A stretch of DNA of 59,952 bases from positions 1 through 59,952 of the IMG/VR virus record IMGVR_UViG_3300020280_000003. One strand, given 5' to 3'. The DNA is from a virus (Duplodnaviria; Caudoviricetes). Positions within the stretch are counted from its first letter, which is position 1; the number at the start of each line of letters is the position of its first letter. The notes below the pieces were generated by a model. That model ran no database searches, was not told the origin of the DNA, and saw nothing but the letters and a program-made list of their open reading frames with translations. This document shows, piece by piece, positions 9,641-18,842 of the stretch. Both the position numbers and the translations under genes were made by a program.

Positions 9641-9972
9641 TCCAATGGTCGCTTAAATGATTTAGATATGATGCCCTGGGCATTGAACATCATTTGCATA
9701 TACTCTACACCCTTTTTGGGTTTAGTATGCTCACCGCATGTGAAAATATCACACACCGCCATGCCTTTCTCAGGCCACGTATGAATGCTGATATGAGACT
9801 CAGCAAGCATAGCAACACAAGTTACACCCTGAGGATCAAACTTGTGCGAATGAAGTGCCAGTAGTGTTGACTGACACTTTTTGGATGTATTGTAAACAAT
9901 ATCTCTAATAAACTCCTCGTCATTCAGAAGGTCCTTTGTGCAACCTTTTAAGGTAAAGAGAATATGTTTCAA
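9637..9972 (-). CDS. speD: S-adenosylmethionine decarboxylase proenzyme (pyruvoyl-dependent)
   Basis: F.PQGVT..AMLAESHISIHTWPE...DIFTCG; E/S autocleavage site. Confidence 0.92.
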   Translation of the reverse strand: MKHILFTLKGCTKDLLNDEEFIRDIVYNTSKKCQSTLLALHSHKFDPQGVTCVAMLAESHISIHTWPEKGMAVCDIFTCGEHTKPKKGVEYMQMMFNAQGIISKSFKRPLE

Positions 9973-10640
9973 GGTTCCAGCGCGACATAGTAAATAAGGT
10001 CAACATTCTGGTTCGTCCACTCAGAAATAAGGTGCTGAGAAACCTTAACAGTGTAGTCACCAGGAAGAACACGAATGTTTTCAATCTTAAGATCAAGAGA
10101 AAAGGTGCCAGTACAACAACCACCACAGGTGAGATCGTAAGTATTACTGGTATCATTTTCTTTGTCCCGAAGGATAAGTTTGATTTCATTAGATCCTTCC
10201 TCAGACTGGAAGGTGAGATCGGGAAGACTGTACACAGCAGATGCTTTCTGCAATGCAATCAAATCATCACCACTCAAATTAAATTGAATGTCTGCGCCAG
10301 GGAACTTCACATTTTTTTCTGGAGCACCTTTGAGCGTAATCTCAGGATCAGAAAAATAGTACTTAGCAGACTGACGACCGCCACGGATACTGACAAAATC
10401 GCCAGATGTGAATTCCAACTGAGGATCGTTAAACAAAGAGATCCCAGAAAGAAACTGACTGAGATCATAAATCGCGAAGTCCACAGGAAATACTTCCTCG
10501 CCAGTGAACTTTGCGAGAATGTTTTCTGCATTAGAAATTGTTCGTACAGTGCTTCCCTTTCTGAATACGATAGAGGAGTTGATTGTTGAGAAGTTTTTGA
10601 GGACATCTAGTGTTTTCTTTGACAGGATAACGTTGCTCAT
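9969..10640 (-). CDS. gp45: Sliding clamp
   Basis: LSKKTLDVLKNFSTINSSI, FAIYDLSQFL, YYVALE. Confidence 0.96.
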   Translation of the reverse strand: MSNVILSKKTLDVLKNFSTINSSIVFRKGSTVRTISNAENILAKFTGEEVFPVDFAIYDLSQFLSGISLFNDPQLEFTSGDFVSIRGGRQSAKYYFSDPEITLKGAPEKNVKFPGADIQFNLSGDDLIALQKASAVYSLPDLTFQSEEGSNEIKLILRDKENDTSNTYDLTCGGCCTGTFSLDLKIENIRVLPGDYTVKVSQHLISEWTNQNVDLIYYVALEP

Positions 10641-10933
10641 TGATTGTAGTGTTCGGTGACAGAAGTTTTATCAGAAAAGTGAAGAAGGAGTAAACCGTAG
10701 TGAAGAATCTTGATGATATCACGACGGGCAGTTCCTTTCTTATCATACCGCGAAGCATACTTAAGGATGTTACTGCGGCAGAATGCCTCAGCGTCACCAC
10801 ATGCTTCAATCAAATCTAACGTTTGAATGCTGTCATTACCAGCAGAATAGTGTTGTCCATAGGTGCTTGAAATGTAATCACGTAGCTCTTGCAAGAGAGC
10901 ATCTTCATTGTATTTGTAGTTCACGGGGTGCAT
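10637..10933 (-). CDS. Conserved phage protein (DUF3310-like)
   Basis: TYGQHYS...QTLDLI...FCRSNILKYASRYDKKG...DIIKILHY. Confidence 0.75.
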   Translation of the reverse strand: MHPVNYKYNEDALLQELRDYISSTYGQHYSAGNDSIQTLDLIEACGDAEAFCRSNILKYASRYDKKGTARRDIIKILHYGLLLLHFSDKTSVTEHYNQ

Positions 10934-11088
10934 ACGTATTCAATATCTTCATAATAGCATTCTTGACTTTGACCGTCAAGGTTGATGACTGTAATGATAT
11001 CATCAACTACTTTAGTAACTCGGGCAGCGCCTACTCCACTAATTTGGATAACGCTGCCGATGAAAGTACAATCTCCTGGTTCAAGCAT
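10921..11088 (-). CDS. Small hypothetical protein (55 aa)
   Basis: MLEPGDCTFIGSVIQ... from ATG 11088, overlapping the cobS stop; fills the gap. Confidence 0.65.
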   Translation of the reverse strand: MLEPGDCTFIGSVIQISGVGAARVTKVVDDIITVINLDGQSQECYYEDIEYVCTP

Positions 11089-12172
11089 CTTCACTTTCCT
11101 CTTCGGTGTTAACGTCAGCATCAATCTTATCATACAGTTCAACAAATGACTGCTTGGTTTCTTCATCAAAACGATTGACGCAAACTTTGATTGCTTTCAT
11201 ACGGTCATTCCAGATGGCATATGCTCGCATAATGTGGACCAGACGACGGGTGCTGATAACTTCATCAATGCCCCCATCCTTGAAGGTCTTACGGATGATG
11301 TCTGCCCAGTTAGCAAGGTTAGTGCAGAACTCTTCGTCATGCTTGCCAAGAGATGCGGCGATACGAATCAGAATTTTTGTTTCAATAGCAGGAGTGGGAT
11401 ACTCTTGCTCAAAGGTGAGAGCAAAACGCTCAAGGAATGCTTCATTCAGAACATTAGTGCCGATGAAACGACCGTCATCAGAACCCTTACCCTTGGTGTT
11501 AGCAGTAGCAACCACAGTGAATCCTTTGGCAGGTTGAACATACCGACCTGTCTTCTTCAGAAAGAGACCTTTGCCCTCCAGAACAGACTGGAGACACAAG
11601 ATTTTGTTAGAGGCAAGATCTACTTCGTCTAGAAGCAGCACAGCTCCCCTCTCAAGAGCTTCCACCACGGGTCCGTTATGCCAAACAGTGTTGCCATCAA
11701 CAAGACGAAACCCACCAATAAGATCATCTTCGTCGGTTTCAATGGTAATGTTCACGCGAATCAGTTCCCTATTTAGATCCGCACATGCTTGCTCAACAGA
11801 GAAAGTCTTACCATTTCCTGACAGACCAGTAATGAAAGTTGGATAGAAAATACCAGACTTGATAATCTTCTTGACATCAGCAAAATTGCCGAAGGGAACA
11901 AAGTTCTCATCTTTAATAGGAATGAGGTTCTGCTCAACCGCAGGCATTGCAGCAGGAGCAGCAAGAGTTTGCTCAAGGCGTTCTTGCACAGTCAGGTTCC
12001 ACTTGCCAATACCTTTTTTGTAATCTTTGAGGCGTTTCTTGACAGTAGCGAGAGAACAGTTGAAGTGCTCAGACGCTTCAAACAGTTGCTTCGTGTTTAC
12101 CTCAGTACCGCAGTTATCGGTGAGATACGAAACGAGTTGTTCAGTTGAAACGGGGACGGGAGCGAAAGGCAT
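11081..12172 (-). CDS. cobS: CobS-like (MoxR-type) AAA+ ATPase
   Basis: GLSGNGKT Walker A, LLLDEVD Walker B, ATANTKGKG, LNEAFLERF, ISTRRLV. Confidence 0.92.
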   Translation of the reverse strand: MPFAPVPVSTEQLVSYLTDNCGTEVNTKQLFEASEHFNCSLATVKKRLKDYKKGIGKWNLTVQERLEQTLAAPAAMPAVEQNLIPIKDENFVPFGNFADVKKIIKSGIFYPTFITGLSGNGKTFSVEQACADLNRELIRVNITIETDEDDLIGGFRLVDGNTVWHNGPVVEALERGAVLLLDEVDLASNKILCLQSVLEGKGLFLKKTGRYVQPAKGFTVVATANTKGKGSDDGRFIGTNVLNEAFLERFALTFEQEYPTPAIETKILIRIAASLGKHDEEFCTNLANWADIIRKTFKDGGIDEVISTRRLVHIMRAYAIWNDRMKAIKVCVNRFDEETKQSFVELYDKIDADVNTEEESEDA

Positions 12173-12182
12173 TGGTGTTTTG

Positions 12183-12240
12183 TGTTGATGAATATAGTAT
12201 AGGGTGTGGTGGGGTCACTGACGACCCCCTGTGGACAGTT
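12183..12240 (-). promoter_or_regulatory. Putative early promoter for cobS
   Basis: AACTGTCCAC, then hairpin GGGGTC/GACCCC, then TATACT -10 (12196-12201), then TATTCATCAACA. Confidence 0.65.
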
Positions 12241-12242
12241 CG

Positions 12243-14354
12243 TCAAGCGACATACTCAACAAAAGAGTTGAGCAGTTTCTTGTTTGTTGCTTTACTACCA
12301 AGCATTTTCTTGAATGCACGAGAGATTTCTCCCTTCTTGGCACCAGACTCAACATTGAACTCAGTAGTTTCATTCAATGCATTGTTGGAGATAGCATACA
12401 AAGCAGTGAATGCAATTGGGTTAGGAATAATTGCAGACTTTTCTTTCTTCCACTGTTTCTGCACTGCAGAATAGTTCTCAAACTTTGCATACTTACCAAC
12501 AAAACTAGAAAGTTGATTGCCAGGAAGAATACGGAAACCGATCATGTTTACTTCAGGGAAGCGATCACGAACTTGCTGAATGAAAGTGTTGGTAACGTTG
12601 TCATAATCAAACTTCTCATAAGTGCGACCAGTCTTACGATCACGAAGAACCTGATAATAATCAATGCGACGAGGGCGAACAGCATATTCGTCTTTGTGAT
12701 CCATATAAATCTCGTGACCATATGCAGCACAACCACCTTCACCGTCAGAGAGGATACAGACATTTACTTTCTGCAAATCGTTCTGCTTCTTGAACTCAGG
12801 AATGATGTAATTGAGCATTACAATAGCTTCATTCAAAGGAGTTCCAGAAAGACTCATGCCCAGGGTAGTTTGATAACCACCATATCCTCTGTATGCAGAT
12901 GCTTCACGGAAAAGGTTCTTACACATACGCTCATAGTTACGAGAGTTGGAACGAGAAGAAACGACATTCATCATGTGGAACCATTCATCGCTAATGAAAA
13001 TGGTATTCTTCTCAACATTATCGTAAGTAGTATCTCTGTAAGTGTTGTCTCCATTTTTAATGCGATCAACAACATACCAGTCGTTAGTGAATGCATAAAC
13101 TTCAAACGGGATCTGAACTTTCTTGCAGAATGCAGTCAGGTTCAGGACTTGCTTTACAGTAGCAAGCAGTTCGTTTGCCATGGAACCAGACCAATCAAGA
13201 ACAAACAGAAGACCATGGTTCTTGCCATCAGGAAGAACAGTTACTTTTTTGAAAAGGTCTTCGTTATAACGATAAGTGTGTAGCTTTGAAGTATCAAGCA
13301 CACCAGTTTTAGATTGACCAGCACGAGCATAAGCGTCAGCAGACTTACGACACTCAAACTCTTTAACAAGATAGTTTACCTCCTTTTGTGATTGCTTACG
13401 GAACTCATAGTATTGATTGTCAACCTGTTCATATCGCTCAGGGTCCTGTGCTTGACTATCAATCCAGTCATGCAGAGTAGTCCAATCAACAATATGTTTA
13501 TCTAGGTTAACTGCTTCAGGAATCTCAACATAAATTGGATCTCTGCCAGAAGAACGTGATGACAATTTTTCTGTCGCACCATCAAATGCACGTTGTGTTT
13601 CAGAAGTTTCACCACCAGAATATTCTTCGTCATCATCTTCCTCATCTTCAAATTCTTCTTCTTCAGTTTCCTGAGAAGAAGAACTTTGACTGGTGCTGCT
13701 CTGAGGCATTGATTGAGGTTGACTCTCTTCGTTTTGCTGCTCAGATTCTTCGCCATCGGTGTTTTCACTTTCACCTTGCGGAGATTGTGCAGGCATCTCT
13801 GCTACTTCTTCAGTTTTGTTAGAGAACTCATGCACATCAACAGCAATCTGCAGCACTTCTTCAAATGTTTCTGCAAGATCAGTGCGAGCAACAAACACTT
13901 GCTCTTCAATAGAGAAGGGAATCAGGGCACTAGCACCAATCTTGAAGTGAAGATTGATACGGTCAATCAAACTGAAGCGACTGAGATCTTCATCAAGAAT
14001 ACTGAAAAAGTCCATGTCATTCAGTTCCTTGTAACCACCAGCAAATGATTTGCGGAGACCAGGGAACTTACGCTTCATTAGTTTTTCAATACGAGCGTCT
14101 TCAATGACGTTCACAAAATCTTTAGGGCAGTCAGCAACATCACGCCAGTCTTCGTTGGGAGTGAACAGAGCGTGACCAACTTCATGACCAACCAGCATAT
14201 CATAGACTGTGCCAGATGCTTTGTCCCACATCGGCAGAGTCAGCACGCGACGGTCAACGTCAAAAGATGCAGTGGTGGTTTTGCGATGCTCTACAATCAG
14301 GTTTTCAGTAGCGAGCAGTCGTGCAAGGTTTCCTTTGATCTCTTGGGTTTGCAT
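12243..14354 (-). CDS. CobT-like VWA-domain protein with an N-terminal HEXXH metallopeptidase-like domain
   Basis: HEVGH and NVIEDARIE; acidic linker; VWA MIDAS LDWSGSM, LSGTPL, ILSDGE; adjacent to cobS. Confidence 0.85.
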   Translation of the reverse strand: MQTQEIKGNLARLLATENLIVEHRKTTTASFDVDRRVLTLPMWDKASGTVYDMLVGHEVGHALFTPNEDWRDVADCPKDFVNVIEDARIEKLMKRKFPGLRKSFAGGYKELNDMDFFSILDEDLSRFSLIDRINLHFKIGASALIPFSIEEQVFVARTDLAETFEEVLQIAVDVHEFSNKTEEVAEMPAQSPQGESENTDGEESEQQNEESQPQSMPQSSTSQSSSSQETEEEEFEDEEDDDEEYSGGETSETQRAFDGATEKLSSRSSGRDPIYVEIPEAVNLDKHIVDWTTLHDWIDSQAQDPERYEQVDNQYYEFRKQSQKEVNYLVKEFECRKSADAYARAGQSKTGVLDTSKLHTYRYNEDLFKKVTVLPDGKNHGLLFVLDWSGSMANELLATVKQVLNLTAFCKKVQIPFEVYAFTNDWYVVDRIKNGDNTYRDTTYDNVEKNTIFISDEWFHMMNVVSSRSNSRNYERMCKNLFREASAYRGYGGYQTTLGMSLSGTPLNEAIVMLNYIIPEFKKQNDLQKVNVCILSDGEGGCAAYGHEIYMDHKDEYAVRPRRIDYYQVLRDRKTGRTYEKFDYDNVTNTFIQQVRDRFPEVNMIGFRILPGNQLSSFVGKYAKFENYSAVQKQWKKEKSAIIPNPIAFTALYAISNNALNETTEFNVESGAKKGEISRAFKKMLGSKATNKKLLNSFVEYVA

Positions 14355-14364
14355 GTGTCTCTTT

Positions 14365-14423
14365 TGTTGATGAATACATCATAACAAAAAAGGATGGTCA
14401 CCCGACCATCCCATGTGTCACTT
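14365..14423 (-). promoter_or_regulatory. Putative early promoter superimposed on the gp46 terminator
   Basis: AAGTGACAC, then GGATGGTC/GACCATCC hairpin plus T6, then TATGAT -10 (14378-14383), then TATTCATCAACA. Confidence 0.6.
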
Positions 14424-16143
14424 CGTTGATTGTCTCAGTCAGAACCGAATAGTTCTTGACCTTATCAACGGTGATCGTCCTGTCAAATTTATCGTCTAAC
14501 CCTTGCTTGTGACTGATGACAAACACTTTGGTGCTCTCGTCAAAGTTACGAAGGATCCATCCTAGATCAGATGTCCCTGATTGGTCAAGCGATCCATCAA
14601 AGATCTCATCTAGAATAAGGAGGTTAGTATCCACGCTATTCTTAAGCTTAGCAACACTACGCCAAGTGAGCAGCAAAGCGATATCAATACGAGCTTTCTC
14701 TCCTTCACTAAAAGACTCATAAGAAAATACATCACGGTATCTAGATTTGATAATCTCCTCAAAGTTCTCATTCAGGGTGAAATTGACATAGAACTCCATC
14801 CTTTGTAAGAAATCGTTAATCATTTTATTCATGGTAGGAAGATAAGTCTTGATAATTCTAGACTTAATACCATTGTCTTTGAGAAGTTGACCTGCTGTCG
14901 CCAAGACATCTCGGTCCTGCTTCAGATTAGCATGTTGCTTGTTCAAATCCTTCTTACTGTTTACAAGAAGTTGTAGTTTATCAAACTCCGCTTTCTTATC
15001 AACGTTGTCACCTTCCAGTTCTTTAATCTCATCCTGCAATGATTCTACTTGCTTTCGGATTGTCATCAACTGAAAGTTAGTCTGAGAGATAGTGGTGTTA
15101 ATGTTATTGACTTCAGTAGACAACTCGGTAAACTTATTAAATCTTTCTTGTTCGTCCGAGATTGCTTTCTGCAAATCATCATAACCAACATTCATCTCGT
15201 CAACTTTTAATTGACCTGCTTCTAGTTTTTCACTACGAAACTCTTCTGATAGTTCTTGTGTACATGTTGGACATACATGATTCTTCTCAAAAAACTCATG
15301 TTCTTTCTTACATGTGTTCAACTTATGTGTCAACTTGATCAAGTATGTGTTCAACTTTTGCAATTTCTCATTTGATTTTTGATACTCTTGCATTTCTTCA
15401 TTAAGATTTCCGATTTGTTGTGTCAGAATTGCAACATCTTCGGCACCTTGGAGTTCAGTTTTTTTATACTCGTTTACCTTTGCTTGTTTACGTTCAATTT
15501 CTTCTTGTGTTCTCTGCTGCAGTGACATCATATGTCGTTTCTGCATCTCAATCTTATCTTTCAGTAGATCAACTTGATAATCTACATCACGAATTTCCTG
15601 TAAGTTCTCACGAGATTTATCTTTCAAGAGAACATTCATTGTAGAGAACACTTGGATGTCAAGAATGTCCTCAATAATATCACGACGTTGTGTAGTAGGA
15701 AGACGCATGAAGGGAACGAACGTGGAAGATCCCAGTACAACAATCTGCGTGAAAGATTTGTAATTCATCTTGAGCACGTTCTGCTCAAAATTCTTTTGCT
15801 GTTCTACAACGGTACTTTCCTGGTTCCACAGTTTACCATTGCAATAAACTTCAAACTTGTTTGGTTTGATTCCACGTACAACTTTGTACTCTTGCTTGCC
15901 AATACGAAACTCAATCTCTACCAGACAATCTTTCTCGTTAATGCTATTAACGAGCATTCCCTTACTAATTTTACGAAAAGGTTTTCCAAACAAAGAAAAA
16001 GTAAGAGCATCCAAAATGGTGCTCTTACCTGCTCCGTTAGTTCCTACAATTAAATTTGTTCTGCCTACCTCAAGGTCTACTTCACTAAAAACATTACCCG
16101 TAGAAAGAAAATTCTTCCATCGGATTTTTTCAAAAATGATCAT
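14398..16143 (-). CDS. gp46: Recombination endonuclease ATPase subunit (SbcC/Rad50-like)
   Basis: GTNGAGKS, CPTC zinc hook, FSEGEKARID signature, LILDEIFD. Confidence 0.97.
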   Translation of the reverse strand: MIIFEKIRWKNFLSTGNVFSEVDLEVGRTNLIVGTNGAGKSTILDALTFSLFGKPFRKISKGMLVNSINEKDCLVEIEFRIGKQEYKVVRGIKPNKFEVYCNGKLWNQESTVVEQQKNFEQNVLKMNYKSFTQIVVLGSSTFVPFMRLPTTQRRDIIEDILDIQVFSTMNVLLKDKSRENLQEIRDVDYQVDLLKDKIEMQKRHMMSLQQRTQEEIERKQAKVNEYKKTELQGAEDVAILTQQIGNLNEEMQEYQKSNEKLQKLNTYLIKLTHKLNTCKKEHEFFEKNHVCPTCTQELSEEFRSEKLEAGQLKVDEMNVGYDDLQKAISDEQERFNKFTELSTEVNNINTTISQTNFQLMTIRKQVESLQDEIKELEGDNVDKKAEFDKLQLLVNSKKDLNKQHANLKQDRDVLATAGQLLKDNGIKSRIIKTYLPTMNKMINDFLQRMEFYVNFTLNENFEEIIKSRYRDVFSYESFSEGEKARIDIALLLTWRSVAKLKNSVDTNLLILDEIFDGSLDQSGTSDLGWILRNFDESTKVFVISHKQGLDDKFDRTITVDKVKNYSVLTETINEVTHGMVG

Positions 16144-16406
16144 TCTCTATCAGGCGGTGGAATAATAAGGTCGTCTGCTGTGATGACAGAAAATTTCTGC
16201 CCTTGTGATCTACATGCTGTAATTATAATTTCAGCTTCAACTTCAACAATTTCTAAATCAGGATTTTCGTCATCAGCATCTTCTAGTTGAAAAAGATAAC
16301 GCAAAGCATCATCTTCTTCTTCAAATAAGGGGATGATACGATCATCTTTGTCGTCAAAAACTGAATAGATTCCAGACGGTTGATCTTGCAAAGTGATTAT
16401 GTACAT
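16140..16406 (-). CDS. Hypothetical protein
   Basis: 88-aa acidic ORF coupled between gp47 and gp46 (LFEEEDDALRY). Confidence 0.75.
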   Translation of the reverse strand: MYIITLQDQPSGIYSVFDDKDDRIIPLFEEEDDALRYLFQLEDADDENPDLEIVEVEAEIIITACRSQGQKFSVITADDLIIPPPDRE

Positions 16407-16409
16407 GCA

Positions 16410-17450
16410 TTAAACTGTTTCGCATGATTCTATGTAGAGAGATTGCATTAACTTCTTGAGTTCGGTTTTATCAACCGCAAGTTCAATTTCGTCAATGTAC
16501 TCACTCAAGAGGGTGAGTGTATCTTTCACGTTCAATTCTACATCATCAATATCCTCTGCGTCAACTAGTGTTTCAACAATTTTTACGTCATGAACACCTA
16601 CGTTGTAAAGACGATCAACCAATGTTTCAAACATTTGGTAGTCCCGTTTCTCTTCAACGATGAGCTTGATGAACTTGTCCTTATAATCAGACACATCTTG
16701 TTTGTTGTAGTCCACACTGGCGTCGTCATAGAAGATTTTCTCAAAGATTTCATACGGATTCTTGATAAACTTAAGTTTGTCACTTTCAGTATCGTAGATA
16801 TGGAATCCGCGAGTGTCCTTATAATCATTCCAGAACATTTGATATGGGTTGCCAAGATACTGGACATTGCCATGCTTTGATTTGTGATGGAAGTGTCCAG
16901 ACCACACACGTTTGAAGTTCTTAAAGTCAGAGACTTTGAAACCTCCGTCAAACTTCATGCCTGGTGTGACTTCAAAACCATCACACTCAAGGTGACCACA
17001 CATAATGTCTGCTTTGCTATTAGCAATCAGTTCCAGACACTCTTCTTTATTTTCTTTGTTGATCCATGGCATCATCAAAAACTTTTTGCTACCAAGAGTA
17101 ATCTCTTCAGGTGAAGCATAGATGTTGATGTTCTTGTACTGCTCCAGTAGTAGTTCAGGAGAGTTAATTCGGTTAGTATTTTTATAATAGGTGCAATGAT
17201 TACCCAAAATCATGTGAACCTTATAATCTTTCAATCGTTTGAAATAATTTTCATTAACACGGTTAAAAGTATTAAAGTCCATAGACTTTCTGTTATCAAA
17301 AGTGTCACCCAAATCAACGATGGTGCTGACACCCTCTTTCTCAAGTGTAGGAAAAAAGATATCATCATAAAACTTTTGAAAGTAATTCCAGAATGGTAGA
17401 CTACCCTTGCGCCCGTCAAGGTGTTGGTCAGTGATTAGAGCGATCTTCAT
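16410..17450 (-). CDS. gp47: Recombination endonuclease nuclease subunit (SbcD/Mre11-like)
   Basis: ITDQH, LGDTFDNR, LGNH, SGHFH phosphoesterase motifs. Confidence 0.96.
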   Translation of the reverse strand: MKIALITDQHLDGRKGSLPFWNYFQKFYDDIFFPTLEKEGVSTIVDLGDTFDNRKSMDFNTFNRVNENYFKRLKDYKVHMILGNHCTYYKNTNRINSPELLLEQYKNINIYASPEEITLGSKKFLMMPWINKENKEECLELIANSKADIMCGHLECDGFEVTPGMKFDGGFKVSDFKNFKRVWSGHFHHKSKHGNVQYLGNPYQMFWNDYKDTRGFHIYDTESDKLKFIKNPYEIFEKIFYDDASVDYNKQDVSDYKDKFIKLIVEEKRDYQMFETLVDRLYNVGVHDVKIVETLVDAEDIDDVELNVKDTLTLLSEYIDEIELAVDKTELKKLMQSLYIESCETV

Positions 17451-17689
17451 AATTTTCCTCCAACGATTCCATCAAAAGGTTTGGAAGTCCTGCAGTTTGC
17501 CCAGTTAGTAGCGACACCTTCCAGGTGAAATCTCGTTCCTGAAATACAAACTTCCCTCGTGAGTGAGGTGATGAGCGCCGTGCCATCCTTACTATAGCTA
17601 GTCCACGTTCCAAATCGTTTCTGTTCAACACGGAATTCTCCCCAGGGGGTTTCAAACCATTCATGTTCACTAATCTCAGGGTGTTCCAT
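17447..17689 (-). CDS. Hypothetical protein
   Basis: 80-aa ORF whose stop overlaps the gp47 start. Confidence 0.7.
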   Translation of the reverse strand: MEHPEISEHEWFETPWGEFRVEQKRFGTWTSYSKDGTALITSLTREVCISGTRFHLEGVATNWANCRTSKPFDGIVGGKL

Positions 17690-17828
17690 CTTCTTGCGTT
17701 TTGTTGTATACTATCACTCTTTTACCATCATGTGTGAACACAAGTTCATCATCAGGGTGCCAACATAATTCTTCGTATAAGGAGTTTAATTTCCTTATAT
17801 CTTCCCACAGGGTATTTTCGTCAGTCAT
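17676..17828 (-). CDS. Small hypothetical protein (50 aa)
   Basis: Hand translation MTDENTLWEDIRKLNSLYEELCWHPDDELVFTHDGKRVIVYNKTQEDGTP; TGATG coupling to gp55. Confidence 0.72.
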   Translation of the reverse strand: MTDENTLWEDIRKLNSLYEELCWHPDDELVFTHDGKRVIVYNKTQEDGTP

Positions 17829-18316
17829 CAACGATTCATTTTAATTTCAATGTTTTCTTTGATGCTTCCCATATCAGAGTACGAAGCATTCATTCCTGCC
17901 ATTGTACCATCATATGTGTCGGTATGCATCACTTCATCATATCCTGACCGTTCTAGAATTTTGTTCTTGATTTCCATTTGCTTCTTCTCCTTCTGAATTC
18001 TACGAAGGAATGCATAGTAAATAATTTGAGTAAAGTATGCAAATGGGTTGGAAGATTTCTCGGGGTTAAAATTGTCAATGTACTGGAGGCAGTTCTCAAT
18101 ACCGTCGCAGATCATGTCCTCGCGGAACATATAGTTGACAAAGTTTGGTTTATATGATAGGTGAGTGGCAATCTTGAGAAAACATTCTCCAATGTAATTA
18201 GGGACACGTGGTCTCTCTAATCCTTTTTCTTTAGCAGCAATCACCTTGTTCCGATAGACAGAGATTGCCTCAAGGAATTCTTTGTTGTTGACGTAATACT
18301 CTGTCTTTTTCTTCAT
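17828..18316 (-). CDS. gp55: Late-transcription sigma factor
   Basis: YVNNKEFL, IGECFLKIA, NPFAYFTQIIYYAFLRRIQKEK. Confidence 0.96.
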   Translation of the reverse strand: MKKKTEYYVNNKEFLEAISVYRNKVIAAKEKGLERPRVPNYIGECFLKIATHLSYKPNFVNYMFREDMICDGIENCLQYIDNFNPEKSSNPFAYFTQIIYYAFLRRIQKEKKQMEIKNKILERSGYDEVMHTDTYDGTMAGMNASYSDMGSIKENIEIKMNR

Positions 18317-18337
18317 GAGAACTTTTCCGATGTCTTT

Positions 18338-18366
18338 AGTATAGTTCGTCGCGAACGAAATGTCAA
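18338..18366 (-). promoter_or_regulatory. Sigma70 promoter for gp55: TTGACA-N17-TATACT
   Basis: -35 at 18361-18366, -10 at 18338-18343. Confidence 0.88.
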
Positions 18367-18368
18367 GC

Positions 18369-18397
18369 TTGACAACTCCTCATAATATCAGTAGAAT
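18369..18397 (+). promoter_or_regulatory. Divergent sigma70 promoter TTGACA-N17-TAGAAT (antisense direction)
   Basis: -35 at 18369-18374, -10 at 18392-18397; no credible plus-strand ORF downstream. Confidence 0.7.
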
Positions 18398-18430
18398 AAC
18401 TCTGTCAGGGTTCAAGAGAGGGTGTAGCTC

Positions 18431-18841
18431 TTAGCTTCTTTTAAATAGATCTTCTAGTTTATTCTTGGTCTCTTTAATTGAACCTAGGTGTCCCATCTGT
18501 CGGGAGAACTTTTGTGGTTCAAAAGAATCCTTGAATGATGTGAGTTGAGTGATATGTCTTTCTACTGCTTCTGAGTAGAATTTTTTGATGCGTTGATCTT
18601 CAACTTCTGTCATTGTAATGACATGCTGTTTAGGTAAAACAAACATGTGATCAAAAGTTGAATGAATCCATTCTGTTAGCGCAAATCCATTGACCTTCAC
18701 ATTTTTTCTTTGTTGGTCAATAGATGTAACTTCCATTGGATTCTCTAGTACAAGACTATCATCGTCTGGCATGTAAGAAACTTTTGAAATTATTTCTTCA
18801 CCAGTAACTAATTTCATAGTCGCTAGGAAATCTTCTTCCAT
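18431..18841 (-). CDS. Hypothetical protein, possible Sm-like fold
   Basis: ATMKLVTGEEIISKV...LVLENPM...TEWI; lies between uvsW and gp55. Confidence 0.78.
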   Translation of the reverse strand: MEEDFLATMKLVTGEEIISKVSYMPDDDSLVLENPMEVTSIDQQRKNVKVNGFALTEWIHSTFDHMFVLPKQHVITMTEVEDQRIKKFYSEAVERHITQLTSFKDSFEPQKFSRQMGHLGSIKETKNKLEDLFKRS

Positions 18842-18842
18842 A

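Noticed and set aside
12231-13283. 350-aa plus-strand ORF antisense to the VWA gene
   Set aside because: No recognisable motif, RBS or promoter. Long antisense ORFs recur throughout the window as a by-product of codon bias.
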